From Histomonas meleagridis 2922-C6/04-290x (Eukaryota; Protista; Parabasalia): a DNA stretch of 64,000 nucleotides. The DNA lies in NCBI GenBank assembly GCA_020184695.1, contig JAANOX010000098.1, positions 62,001-126,000 on the forward strand, read 5' to 3'. Positions within the stretch are counted from its first letter, which is position 1. Each line of letters starts with the position of its first letter. The translations under genes were made by a program, and so were the position numbers. The notes under the pieces were generated by a model. That model saw nothing but the letters and a program-made list of their open reading frames with translations, had not been told where the DNA came from and ran no database searches. Below are positions 54,769 to 64,000 of this stretch, in pieces.

Positions 54769-56121
54769 ATGAGACAATCTCTTCGTCTCAACGAACAAAA
54801 GGATAACCCTGCTTATGTATGCGAAGCAACAGAAATAGCACAAAGATTGGTTTCCACAGATTTAGAAAATGTTCAAGAAATTCAAAATTTGATTGTTTCA
54901 TTCTCTACTATGTTTAAGCAATGCAAAAGTATTTCGTTGACATCTCTATCTGATATTGGATTCCAAGCTTTTTTAATTAAATTATTAAGCTCACAACTTA
55001 CATCAATTATTACAGAATGTACTCTTTTAATAATGCTTCTTTGGTTTGAAAGATCTCAACCAAACATCCCATTTCCAATTACGAAAGAAATAATTGCTAT
55101 GTTTATTTCAATTGGAATTGGGAACTTAGAAGTCACTAATCAATCACGCTTACTTGCACTTGTTCTCACAAAAAGAGCGTGTTGTGAATCTCATGAAGTT
55201 ATTCAGTTTTTATTGGAAAACTCTATTTTAAATCAATATGTTGAATTCTACAAAATAGTATCCGAGGTTCCCATTAAAGATGAAATCCTCAAAAACATTT
55301 ATGTTATACTTCATAGTGAACCACATCCATCTTTCGATCAAATATCAGTTGTTTCAGATCTTTTTTATGGGTTAATGAAAGATATTAACAATCCCAATTT
55401 ACAATGTCTTCTTTCAGTTGCAGCTGTTTTTATTGAGTGTGGGAGTCCATGTGCATTTGTTTTTACAGAAATTGTTTCCATCCAATCAATATTTGAAATT
55501 TTCCCACATCTTCCAAACGATTCCCAATACCATGTTTTATATATTTTAATGCATTTGTTTGATTCCCCTGAAACTGAAGTTGTTGGAATGCTTGCAAACA
55601 ATTTTAATTGGGGAATAGTTCAAACGGTCGCTGAACGGGGTGACCCATCAACGGTTTATCAGTTTTCAAGGATGTTGTGCTCTATTTTTGCAAGATGTCC
55701 TTATGTTATTCCTCAAGCTGCTAATGCTAATGTTTTTCAACTTCTTTTTCTGATACTTGAGAAATGTGATTTTCAATCTATGAGATATACCCTTATAGCT
55801 CTTATTCATGCATTTAGATTTGATTTTCAAGATGTAGGATTGAGTTTAATTTCTATGGGAATTTTCGATAAAATGATCTCGCTGATGGAAAGTGGATCAA
55901 CAGTAATTTTAAAGGAAGTAATTGAGGCATTGAAAGTTCTTTTAGCTTACGCATCAATGGTAGGAAATCAGCCCGTTGTTATAATTATATCCAATTGTGA
56001 TTTGGATTCTGATTTGGAGTCTTGTGATTCTGATGATGATTCTTTTAAAGTTGTCATAACCGAAGAAATTACTGATGTACTTCATCAGCTTTCTCACCTT
56101 TTTCAAAATAACCATGTTTAA
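54769..56121 (+). CDS. Armadillo/HEAT repeat protein
   Basis: Helical repeats; Inr-like tcactcc directly before ATG 54769. Confidence 0.65.
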   Translation: MRQSLRLNEQKDNPAYVCEATEIAQRLVSTDLENVQEIQNLIVSFSTMFKQCKSISLTSLSDIGFQAFLIKLLSSQLTSIITECTLLIMLLWFERSQPNIPFPITKEIIAMFISIGIGNLEVTNQSRLLALVLTKRACCESHEVIQFLLENSILNQYVEFYKIVSEVPIKDEILKNIYVILHSEPHPSFDQISVVSDLFYGLMKDINNPNLQCLLSVAAVFIECGSPCAFVFTEIVSIQSIFEIFPHLPNDSQYHVLYILMHLFDSPETEVVGMLANNFNWGIVQTVAERGDPSTVYQFSRMLCSIFARCPYVIPQAANANVFQLLFLILEKCDFQSMRYTLIALIHAFRFDFQDVGLSLISMGIFDKMISLMESGSTVILKEVIEALKVLLAYASMVGNQPVVIIISNCDLDSDLESCDSDDDSFKVVITEEITDVLHQLSHLFQNNHV

Positions 56122-56465
56122 ATAAATATAATATCGTATATATTTTGCATGTAATATTAAATTAGAAATATCGTTAAACATGATAATTATGATCGTTTGT
56201 AAATGTGAATGAATCATTAAAATATAAGATTTATTAATAAATGAAACATAATCAAGCAAATATTACATTTTATTTTATTTTCTTTTGTTTTCATTGAATA
56301 TATTTCGAATAACATATATAAAATATCAAAAAATTAATATATTAATTTCTTTTTATAAAGAAAAATTATTAAAATAGACACTAATAGTTTTGTGGGTAAA
56401 GTATTTCAAATGACAAAAATAATAATTAATCAATTTCAAAAAAAGATTTTGGGAAGGTTAAACCT

Positions 56466-56888
56466 TTACTTGATTGAAGCAAGGCATTTTGCACGAACCT
56501 CAGATTCTTGAATTTCAGCATAGCTATTTGCTTGTATGCTAAGTCCAACGCCAGGTAAAGCATTCTTGAACGAAATCCTTGTTGAAGCAGATATCATTTT
56601 CTTTCGTGCTGGTGCAGAATTTGGTACCCATGAGATAAAGAGAAGCCTATTGCGAAGGTTTCCATCATCGTTGGTGAAATCATAATCGTAGACAGCGAAA
56701 CATACATCATTTTGAGGGAGGTCATCAAGGAATTGATCATATGTTGTATCTTTTGGCCCTGTTTTATCAACAACAATAAACCTTTCGTCATCACTAAAAG
56801 TAAAGAGAACATATCGATATTTGTGACCAATCTTGAAGTCATTAAAGGCAGGCATGCATTCATCATGAACTATAATTCCAGTGAACAT
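56466..56888 (-). CDS. Actin-depolymerizing factor/cofilin
   Basis: TGIIVHDEC, CFAVYDYDF, FISWVPNSAPARKKMISAS; start at ATG 56888. Confidence 0.92.
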   Translation of the reverse strand: MFTGIIVHDECMPAFNDFKIGHKYRYVLFTFSDDERFIVVDKTGPKDTTYDQFLDDLPQNDVCFAVYDYDFTNDDGNLRNRLLFISWVPNSAPARKKMISASTRISFKNALPGVGLSIQANSYAEIQESEVRAKCLASIK

Positions 56889-57623
56889 GAAACAAAAAAA
56901 TGAAGTAAAGCGGACTTCAAAAAAGTATGAAATTATTCCTTTGAATTTTTTAAATGGATTTCTGTGAGAATAACTGTTGTTCACAAAAATTCAAAGGGAT
57001 GAAAATTTCCGTTTGCAACAGATTTTGAGCAAAATGCCTTTTGACCAAAGACCTATAATTAGGCAATGACCTACAAATGGGTTTCTACATTTGTTGTTAA
57101 CTTGTTGTTTTTGTGAGGATATTTTGTGTTTTCGTTTTTTTATTTTTGAACATATTAGATTCAATATTATTTATATCTTCTCTAGAGAAAGTTCACTTGC
57201 AATTTTTCATATTCTAGCTAATGAACAATACATAAGTATCATTATTCTGGTAATAATTATGAGCATATTAAATTACGAAATAACCATGCAAGCTTTCATT
57301 AAATAACAATTGATTAGAAAATGTTATAATATTTTGCAAAAAGGTAATAGTGAAAAGCTGAACACTTGAAATATTGAAACATAAAATAAGGAAAAGAATT
57401 TTTTTGATCGATATGATAAAAATAATAATGTATTTAGAGATAAATTTCCAACATATGAATTAAGTGAAGTAATTATTTTGTATGTTCGAAAATGCTATAT
57501 TAAAATGAGTAATTACTGAATTCGATACTCAAATGTTAAAATTCAATATTATTTTTTTCAGACTAAAAGACTTAAATTTTGGGGAAAATCCACTTGCTAA
57601 AAACGCCTTCTTTAAATAAAAAT

Positions 57624-58255
57624 TTATTTTTTGAGAAGTGAATTCGACGATTTCGAAATCATTGACAAATTTCTAGCTCTTGGTATTTCTTCTTTCTTTG
57701 CTTCATTTTTAGTTTCGCTATTATTTGACACACAACTTATCTTGAAAGGCAGCCTTGAAGCATCCGCAGGCAGCTCAACAAGCTCCGTATCAAAAAGTTC
57801 GATAAACTGCTCGTGTAAAGTACTCGATTTTGAACCGGTAAACCGCCGAAACTCTTCGAATATCGAAGACAAACTCCACTTCTGGAGACGCCGCAAGCAG
57901 CCAATAACAGTGCCTGTTCGATGTCTCCCAAGGTTGCACATTACTACAAGAGGGTAACAGTCCGGATTTAAAAGAACATGAAGTGCATCTAAAATGAGTT
58001 GCTCAGAGATTCTTTGTCCAACATTAGTGCCTTCGCCTGGAAGTTGTCGGAACTCAATCCCTTGTTCTTTTAAAAACTCTTGGAATATTTGTGGTGGTGT
58101 ATCAAGTGATAAATAAACAACTGTTTTCAAATGGAGTGTCTGGAGAAAGGGAAAATTCATTTCACCGGGAATTGAGCAACGATATAAATCAGGTTCAACA
58201 TACCCAAAATTTGGTGGAGGGATAAGCGCTGTTGTTAGAAAATAAATATACACAT
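57624..58255 (-). CDS. Siw14/OCA1-family atypical dual-specificity phosphatase (2 exons: 58255-58252, 58228-57624)
   Basis: IPPPNFGYVEPDLYR, NFPFL, CNLGRHRTGTVIGCLRRLQ; spliced start MSLIPPPN. Confidence 0.88.
58229..58251 (-). other. 23-nt spliceosomal intron
   Basis: GTATATTTATTTTCTAACAACAG; removal fuses ATG T|CG CTT in frame; unspliced ATG frame stops at codon 7. Confidence 0.85.
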
Positions 58256-58567
58256 TGTGTTTTAGTCTGATTTGACTATGTTTGTCTGATAATAGGGAAG
58301 CAAACAGACTCAGTCAAATCAAATATGGGTTTTCGCGGAAGTGAAATATTTTCTTTTAATTATAGAAACACCACCTTTTTTAAGAAGAAATATGAAAAAA
58401 TGATTTACGAAAAAGAAATTTCATTTAACATTTATAAAGAATTTTAGAAATTCTGCATTTGGGAAATTATCATTATTATTCAGTTGTTATTAAATTAATG
58501 ATTTAATTTAAAAAATTAATTTAAAAACAATTTATACAAACTATATTTTATTTCTATAACAATTTAT

Positions 58568-59224
58568 TTAAAAGACATTATAAGAAAAATCGAAATCTAA
58601 ATCGAAATTCAAATCGAAAATAGATTCTTCATAAGGTTCTGAGAATTCTGAGATTTCAGAATATGTTTCTTCATTATTAGAATTATCTTCTTTGAAATTA
58701 TTATTTATATTTTCATATGTTTCTTGTTTTTGTTGATTTTGTTGAATTGGTTGAATCGGAATTTGATTCATTTGATTAAATTGATTCATTTGGTTAAATT
58801 GATTTATTTGACTCATTTGATTAAATTGAAGAGGATATTGAATTCGTTGAAGATTTAATTGTGTTTGAAAATTATTCGGTGAATAAATTTCATTTAAACG
58901 ACGAAGACAATTAAATCGATTACGAATATTAATCGATGTTCGACCTGGAAAATAGTTTTCCATCAACTTCCATTTTGGTCCTAACTCTTGATACTTAGAA
59001 AGTAATAATTTATCTTCTTCTGAACTCCATTTACCTTTATGAACACTATCTTTTAAATGATTTTGCCATCGTTCACGACATTGACGAATTGAACGATTTG
59101 GCATCTCTGAACAAATTAAACCCCATTCATTTTCCCCATATTTTTCAACCAATGCTTTAAGTCGTTCATCTTCTTCTTGACTAAAATGATTTCGTTTAAT
59201 TGTTGTTTTTGTATTATTGTTCAT
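58568..59224 (-). CDS. R2R3 Myb DNA-binding protein
   Basis: FSQEEDERL...RQCRERW, WSSEEDKLL...NIRNRF; QFNQMN repeats. Confidence 0.92.
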   Translation of the reverse strand: MNNNTKTTIKRNHFSQEEDERLKALVEKYGENEWGLICSEMPNRSIRQCRERWQNHLKDSVHKGKWSSEEDKLLLSKYQELGPKWKLMENYFPGRTSINIRNRFNCLRRLNEIYSPNNFQTQLNLQRIQYPLQFNQMSQINQFNQMNQFNQMNQIPIQPIQQNQQKQETYENINNNFKEDNSNNEETYSEISEFSEPYEESIFDLNFDLDFDFSYNVF

Positions 59225-59732
59225 TTTTTAAGCAAAAAATCAAAGTGAAATCATATTCTTAATTATTTCTATGTTATTCTATACCCTTTCAAATCCTCTC
59301 AAATGATTAGCTGGATGACTTTTTCTGTGTATTTTAATATTCTGTGATTTATATTGTAATTTTTTTGAAAAGTAATGTATGGTTTACGAATCAAACCACA
59401 AAAAACACGATCAATTTGACATATTTAATAAAAATAAAAATGACGAATTTTTTTTTTGGATTTTTATGTATTTAAATCAAACATAAGGTCGCCTTAAACA
59501 ATTGATATGATTTAATGATAATAAATCATCTCAAAAACAATTTTTGAAGATTTTTAATGTTGATTTCATATTGTCCAGAAAACGATAATAAGATTTCATA
59601 ATATGTAAATCACAGAATATTAAAATACACAGAAAAAGTCATCCAGCTAATCATTTGAGAGGATTTGAAAGGGTATAGAATAACATAGAAATAATTAAGA
59701 ATATGATTTCACTTTGATTTTTTGCTTAAAAA

Positions 59733-60390
59733 ATGAACAATAATACAAAAACAACAATTAAACGAAATCATTTTAGTCAAGAAGAAGATGAACGACTTAA
59801 AGCATTGGTTGAAAAATATGGGGAAAATGAATGGGGTTTAATTTGTTCAGAGATGCCAAATCGTTCAATTCGTCAATGTCGTGAACGATGGCAAAATCAT
59901 TTAAAAGATAGTGTTCATAAAGGTAAAATGGAGTTCAGAAGAAGATAAATTATTACTTTCTAAGTATCAAGAGTTAGGACCAAAATGGAAGTTGATGGAA
60001 AACTATTTTCCAGGTCGAACATCGATTAATATTCGTAATCGATTTAATTGTCTTCGTCGTTTAAATGAAATTTATTCACCGAATAATTTTCAAACACAAT
60101 TAAATCTTCAACGAATTCAATATCCTCTTCAATTTAATCAAATGAGTCAAATAAATCAATTTAACCAAATGAATCAATTTAATCAAATGAATCAAATTCC
60201 GATTCAACCAATTCAACAAAATCAACAAAAACAAGAAACATATGAAAATATAAATAATAATTTCAAAGAAGATAATTCTAATAATGAAGAAACATATTCT
60301 GAAATCTCAGAATTCTCAGAACCTTATGAAGAATCTATTTTCGATTTGAATTTCGATTTAGATTTCGATTTTTCTTATAATGTCTTTTAA
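59733..60390 (+). CDS. R2R3 Myb duplicate with a 1-nt frameshift
   Basis: Identical to the minus copy except AAAA vs AAA at 59925-59928. Confidence 0.8.
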
Positions 60391-60659
60391 ATAAATTGTT
60401 ATAGAAATAAAATATCATTGTATAAATGAATTTTTTTAATTATAATTTTTTTGAAGATATATTCATGCGATGTAAAAAACAGTTGTTGGGGAAATTATCC
60501 ATCGTTCTAAAGATGCACTTTTGTATGTAAAATACGCAAAAACAGATATTTTGTCTAGTTTATATTAACCGCTTTGTTATAAAAAGTGCTGTTTAATTGC
60601 TGTTGAGTGTTGGAAAAATTTGATTTTTTTTAAAGAAAGTTAAGTTTTTATTTATAGAG

Positions 60660-61106
60660 TCACATGGAAAGAATTGTGCAAAATTCACTGAAGTCTATTA
60701 AGTTATCAGAGTTTCTGTCTAATGCCTTAATTGTTGCAATAGAATCATATTCATTTACATCAAGTCCCATTAATTGTCCAATTCGCTTTACCTCAGATAT
60801 GTCCAAGTAATGATTTTTGTCAACATCTGCCAAGTCAAATATTTGTCTTAAAATATCAATATCAGAAAGTTGATCCATTTCCCTACAAAAACAAATGAAT
60901 TCATCCAAATTAATCATTTGGTCTCCGTCCGCGTCATATCTTTCGAACAGTAAAGCGGTCATAAGTCTATCAAGTTGATTTCCTTCACCCATAAGAATTT
61001 GTGCTACCACATCTCTCCTTAAATACCCAGTGCCACCTATGTCCAAAGATTGGAATTTTTTCTTGATTTCTTCGATTCTTTCTTCAGAAAAAACAGTTTT
61101 CTCCAT
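60660..61106 (-). CDS. Calmodulin-like EF-hand protein
   Basis: Loops DIGGTGYL, DADGDQMINLDE, DVDKNHYLDISE, DRNSDNLIDFSE. Confidence 0.9.
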   Translation of the reverse strand: MEKTVFSEERIEEIKKKFQSLDIGGTGYLRRDVVAQILMGEGNQLDRLMTALLFERYDADGDQMINLDEFICFCREMDQLSDIDILRQIFDLADVDKNHYLDISEVKRIGQLMGLDVNEYDSIATIKALDRNSDNLIDFSEFCTILSM

Positions 61107-61953
61107 CCAAAATAACTTTGGGGATTGAATACTTTATTTAATTCTTCAGTTAAAATTTTGGAGGTTTTTTCATTTCGCTGAATTATTCGACTCTTTATTC
61201 AAAAATAAAATATATTTCATACAAACATTATATAAACATGTATTGTGTATTTATTGAACAGTCATAAAATACACCTAAATTGTCCAATTAATTTGGAATT
61301 TCATATGTATATATATTTTTGCGTTGAAAAACATGAAGTAGATGAAACCTTACGAATATCATCGAACATTTCTTAAAACTTCCAAAAAAAAGATCAAATG
61401 CTTATTTCAACTGCGTTTTTGGGTATTTTAGTTCTTTTTTAACTTGAGTTAAAAATTAAAATAACCAAAGAGCATTGAACATTTAATAAAAGTTATCCAC
61501 TGTGAAATATCCTTTTTAAAGTATGATGCAAAATTTGGCCGTATGTAAATTATTCATGAGACTGTTCTCGAATGATAAACAATATAATTTCATAGAAGAG
61601 ATTTATCTATGTCTTTTATATATTTATTATCTATATATGTATACATCAATCATTTCGGTTATTTTTTCGTGTTTCTTGGAATATTTTTAACACATTTTTT
61701 GTCTATCTATTAAAATCAAAAAGAGTAAATGTGTATATATATCATTTGTTTTTTTATTCAATGAGTGCTCATATTTTTTTTAAGGTACAGTACAAAATTT
61801 TATGGATAACACTAAGAAATTAATATGATAAGTTCCGAACCATTTTGCAAAACATTATTTATAATTTCATTTATCAAATTCATTACATCTTTTTTCAATA
61901 AAGCGAAACGTATTAATAATTCACAATAAAAAAGGAATAACAAATTAATATCT

Positions 61954-62757
61954 TTAGTTCATCTGTTGTGACAAGAGCATTTGCAAATTGTTTGTAATTT
62001 CTTCAATTGCATTTGTTTTTAAGCCGCGTTCCCCAAAGTGATTTAACCCGAGGATACTTCCGGCTTTCGAAACGCCAATCACTAAGAGCGACTGCACAAC
62101 GGAAATTTCGATTGGCGTCGGATCCAAAAACAAAGAATTTGGCGCAACCGCAAATGACAGAACGTACGGTAACTTTTCAGGATCAATCAACTTCAGCTCT
62201 TCTTTGTTTTCGTCGATGTCGAAGTGAAGTTCAGAGATTGTTTCTCCTGGTGTCACAATTAATTGTGGAAATGTAAGTCTTGAAAGTGATTCACGAATTC
62301 CAATCATTGCTGCTTCATAAACAGCACCAGCAGCTTTGTATATAAGAACATCAATAAATATCTTCCATGAGTATGGAGAATTTACAATAACAAATTGTGA
62401 GGGATCAAGAGCACCACTATTTTTTAAAAATTGCTCAAGAGTAGAATTGACAACTTGGCATATTTCTGTTGGATCAAAATCTATTCCAAAGGATCCCGAT
62501 AATGCTTTAACTGAAATTTGTGGTAAACTTTGTTCTTCTTTCATAATTTCTGTGCTCACTGAAACCATTACTTCGGTCGTATCGCCGTATCCATAACCCC
62601 ATGTAACTCGGCATGATGATGGAGATAATGGAAGAGGATTAATTTCAACTTTAAATTGACGGCTAACTAATGGAGCTCTCCCATCAAGGCGAATATCATG
62701 GGCAAGTAAGCTTTGATGAAAAGCTTTCTCATCTTTTGATATGACCACTGTCTGCAT
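61954..62757 (-). CDS. Exosome RNase PH-like subunit (Rrp42-like)
   Basis: DIRLDGRAPL, WKIFIDVLI...GAVYEAAMIGIRESL, FLDPTPIE. Confidence 0.75.
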   Translation of the reverse strand: MQTVVISKDEKAFHQSLLAHDIRLDGRAPLVSRQFKVEINPLPLSPSSCRVTWGYGYGDTTEVMVSVSTEIMKEEQSLPQISVKALSGSFGIDFDPTEICQVVNSTLEQFLKNSGALDPSQFVIVNSPYSWKIFIDVLIYKAAGAVYEAAMIGIRESLSRLTFPQLIVTPGETISELHFDIDENKEELKLIDPEKLPYVLSFAVAPNSLFLDPTPIEISVVQSLLVIGVSKAGSILGLNHFGERGLKTNAIEEITNNLQMLLSQQMN

Positions 62758-62827
62758 TTATGAACTAAGTGTATACGACCGTTTATACCGAATTCAAAAA
62801 GTCGACGGGAGACGTTTATTCTCCCAA

Positions 62828-64000
62828 ATGTTGCTGAGAAACGAAGTCTCCATTTCAGATTTATGGAGCATCAACGAAGATCAACTTACAAACACCATAA
62901 CTTCTCAACAATATATCGAAGGAGGATTCCAATTTTCTTTTATTTTAAAAATTGCTGATACTTTAAGAAAAAATATAAGCATTCAAATCGATTTATGCTC
63001 ATTCACAAATGATAGGGTTGGTATTGTTTCTACCTTTGTTATTGAACATCCAAAAGGTCCATTATTTTCAAAAGTTGTATATCTTTCAGGTTTTTGTACA
63101 AAAAAGAAAAAATCAATTTTTGTCAAGACTGATTTATCATTAACAGAGCTTATTAAGGATGGCTTTATTTCACCAGATACTCATAATCTCAATATCCATA
63201 TTAATCTTAAATCTGTTAAACAAGTTTTACCTAACATTGGACACTTTTCCACAATTCCTAACATGCGTGAAATTACAGCCGCACTTCTTTCAGATCATAA
63301 GATTTCTTCAACATGTACTTTATCAATCAATGATATCAATTGGATCTGTGCTGCTTCGTCCAACATCATGCTCAAGCAGCCAACTCTCCTTGATTTAGAT
63401 GTTCCACTTGTTATTGTTGGTGATATTGTTGGTCAATATTGTGATCTAATCAGAATTTTTAAACAATTTGGGTTTCCTGGTATTGGCAACTATCTCTTTC
63501 TTGGTAATTATAGTGGCTCAGGGTCAGATGGTGTTGATACTTTACTTCTTCTTTTAGCTTTCAAGATCTTATATCCAAACAATATTTTTCTTCTTCGAGG
63601 TGATCATGAATCCGAAGGTGAAACACATGTTAAAAGCTTTTATGAGGAATGCGCACGTAAAAAGGTTCCATACACATCATTCACCTCTGTATTCAATTCG
63701 ATGCCGATAGCGGCGGTTATTGGCAAAAAGATATTTTGTGTTCACGCGGGAATATCGCCAACATTACAATCTATAGACGATGTTCATATGTGGGGGCGTC
63801 CAGCTCCGATACCTCCATGTGGCATTATTCACGACTTTTTGTTTTCTAATGAAAATGCAAATGTCCCATATTATTCACTTGACCTTCGAGATAACACATT
63901 GGTCTTTGGGCCAAAGGCATTACAAGACTTTATTGATAGTTTTGGATATGAATTGGTCGTCAAAGGTAACCAATGTGTAAATGAAGGATTTTCATTTCCA
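62828..64000 (+). CDS. 3'-truncated PP1-like pseudophosphatase with N-terminal beta-rich (MATH-like) domain
   Basis: Hand translation, open from ATG 62828 to the window end (absent from the ORF track): VIVGDIVGQYCDL, YLFLGNYSGSG, LLRGDHE, CVHAGISP. Confidence 0.85.
   Translation, partial: MLLRNEVSISDLWSINEDQLTNTITSQQYIEGGFQFSFILKIADTLRKNISIQIDLCSFTNDRVGIVSTFVIEHPKGPLFSKVVYLSGFCTKKKKSIFVKTDLSLTELIKDGFISPDTHNLNIHINLKSVKQVLPNIGHFSTIPNMREITAALLSDHKISSTCTLSINDINWICAASSNIMLKQPTLLDLDVPLVIVGDIVGQYCDLIRIFKQFGFPGIGNYLFLGNYSGSGSDGVDTLLLLLAFKILYPNNIFLLRGDHESEGETHVKSFYEECARKKVPYTSFTSVFNSMPIAAVIGKKIFCVHAGISPTLQSIDDVHMWGRPAPIPPCGIIHDFLFSNENANVPYYSLDLRDNTLVFGPKALQDFIDSFGYELVVKGNQCVNEGFSFP

Larger units (their letters stand above)
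58543..60415. repeat. Inverted duplication: arms 58543-59351 and 59606-60415, 254-nt unique spacer
   Basis: Arms are reverse complements; the only difference found is one extra A at 59925-59928. Confidence 0.92.

Noticed and set aside
1-64000. tRNA, rRNA or autonomous mobile element genes; alternative genetic code
   Set aside because: None recognised. Conserved genes end at TAA/TAG/TGA at the expected positions, so stop reassignment does not explain the interrupted arrays.

Overview
AT-rich, gene-dense eukaryotic DNA, most likely from a parabasalid (Tritrichomonas/Trichomonas-like). This is inferred from the beta-tubulin sequence, BspA-like LRR surface proteins, DUF3447-ankyrin genes, multiple Myb genes, Myb-element-like core promoters and a trichomonad-type short intron. 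About 40 genes are supportable. Main discovery: four DUF3447-ankyrin loci (26.4-29.0, 40.4-43.1, 44.0-47.7, 48.5-50.5 kb) in which every ankyrin repeat is interrupted at the same point, between ...GIDINAK[D/N] and TAL..., by an AT-rich spacer. By hand count 27 of 36 spacers are exactly 80 nt, where only about 12 nt of coding sequence is expected. The spacers shift the frame, carry stops in different frames and lack GT-AG/CTAAC signals, while the 30-codon repeat modules stay open and vary at binding-surface positions. This suggests a non-canonical intron or translational-bypass element. Also present: a 23-nt canonical intron, a near-perfect 810-bp head-to-head Myb duplication, two PPP pseudophosphatases, a disrupted RPA1 and a 48-copy 31-nt minisatellite. 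Several single-base homopolymer insertions look like assembly errors. All counts are manual; no database searches were run.
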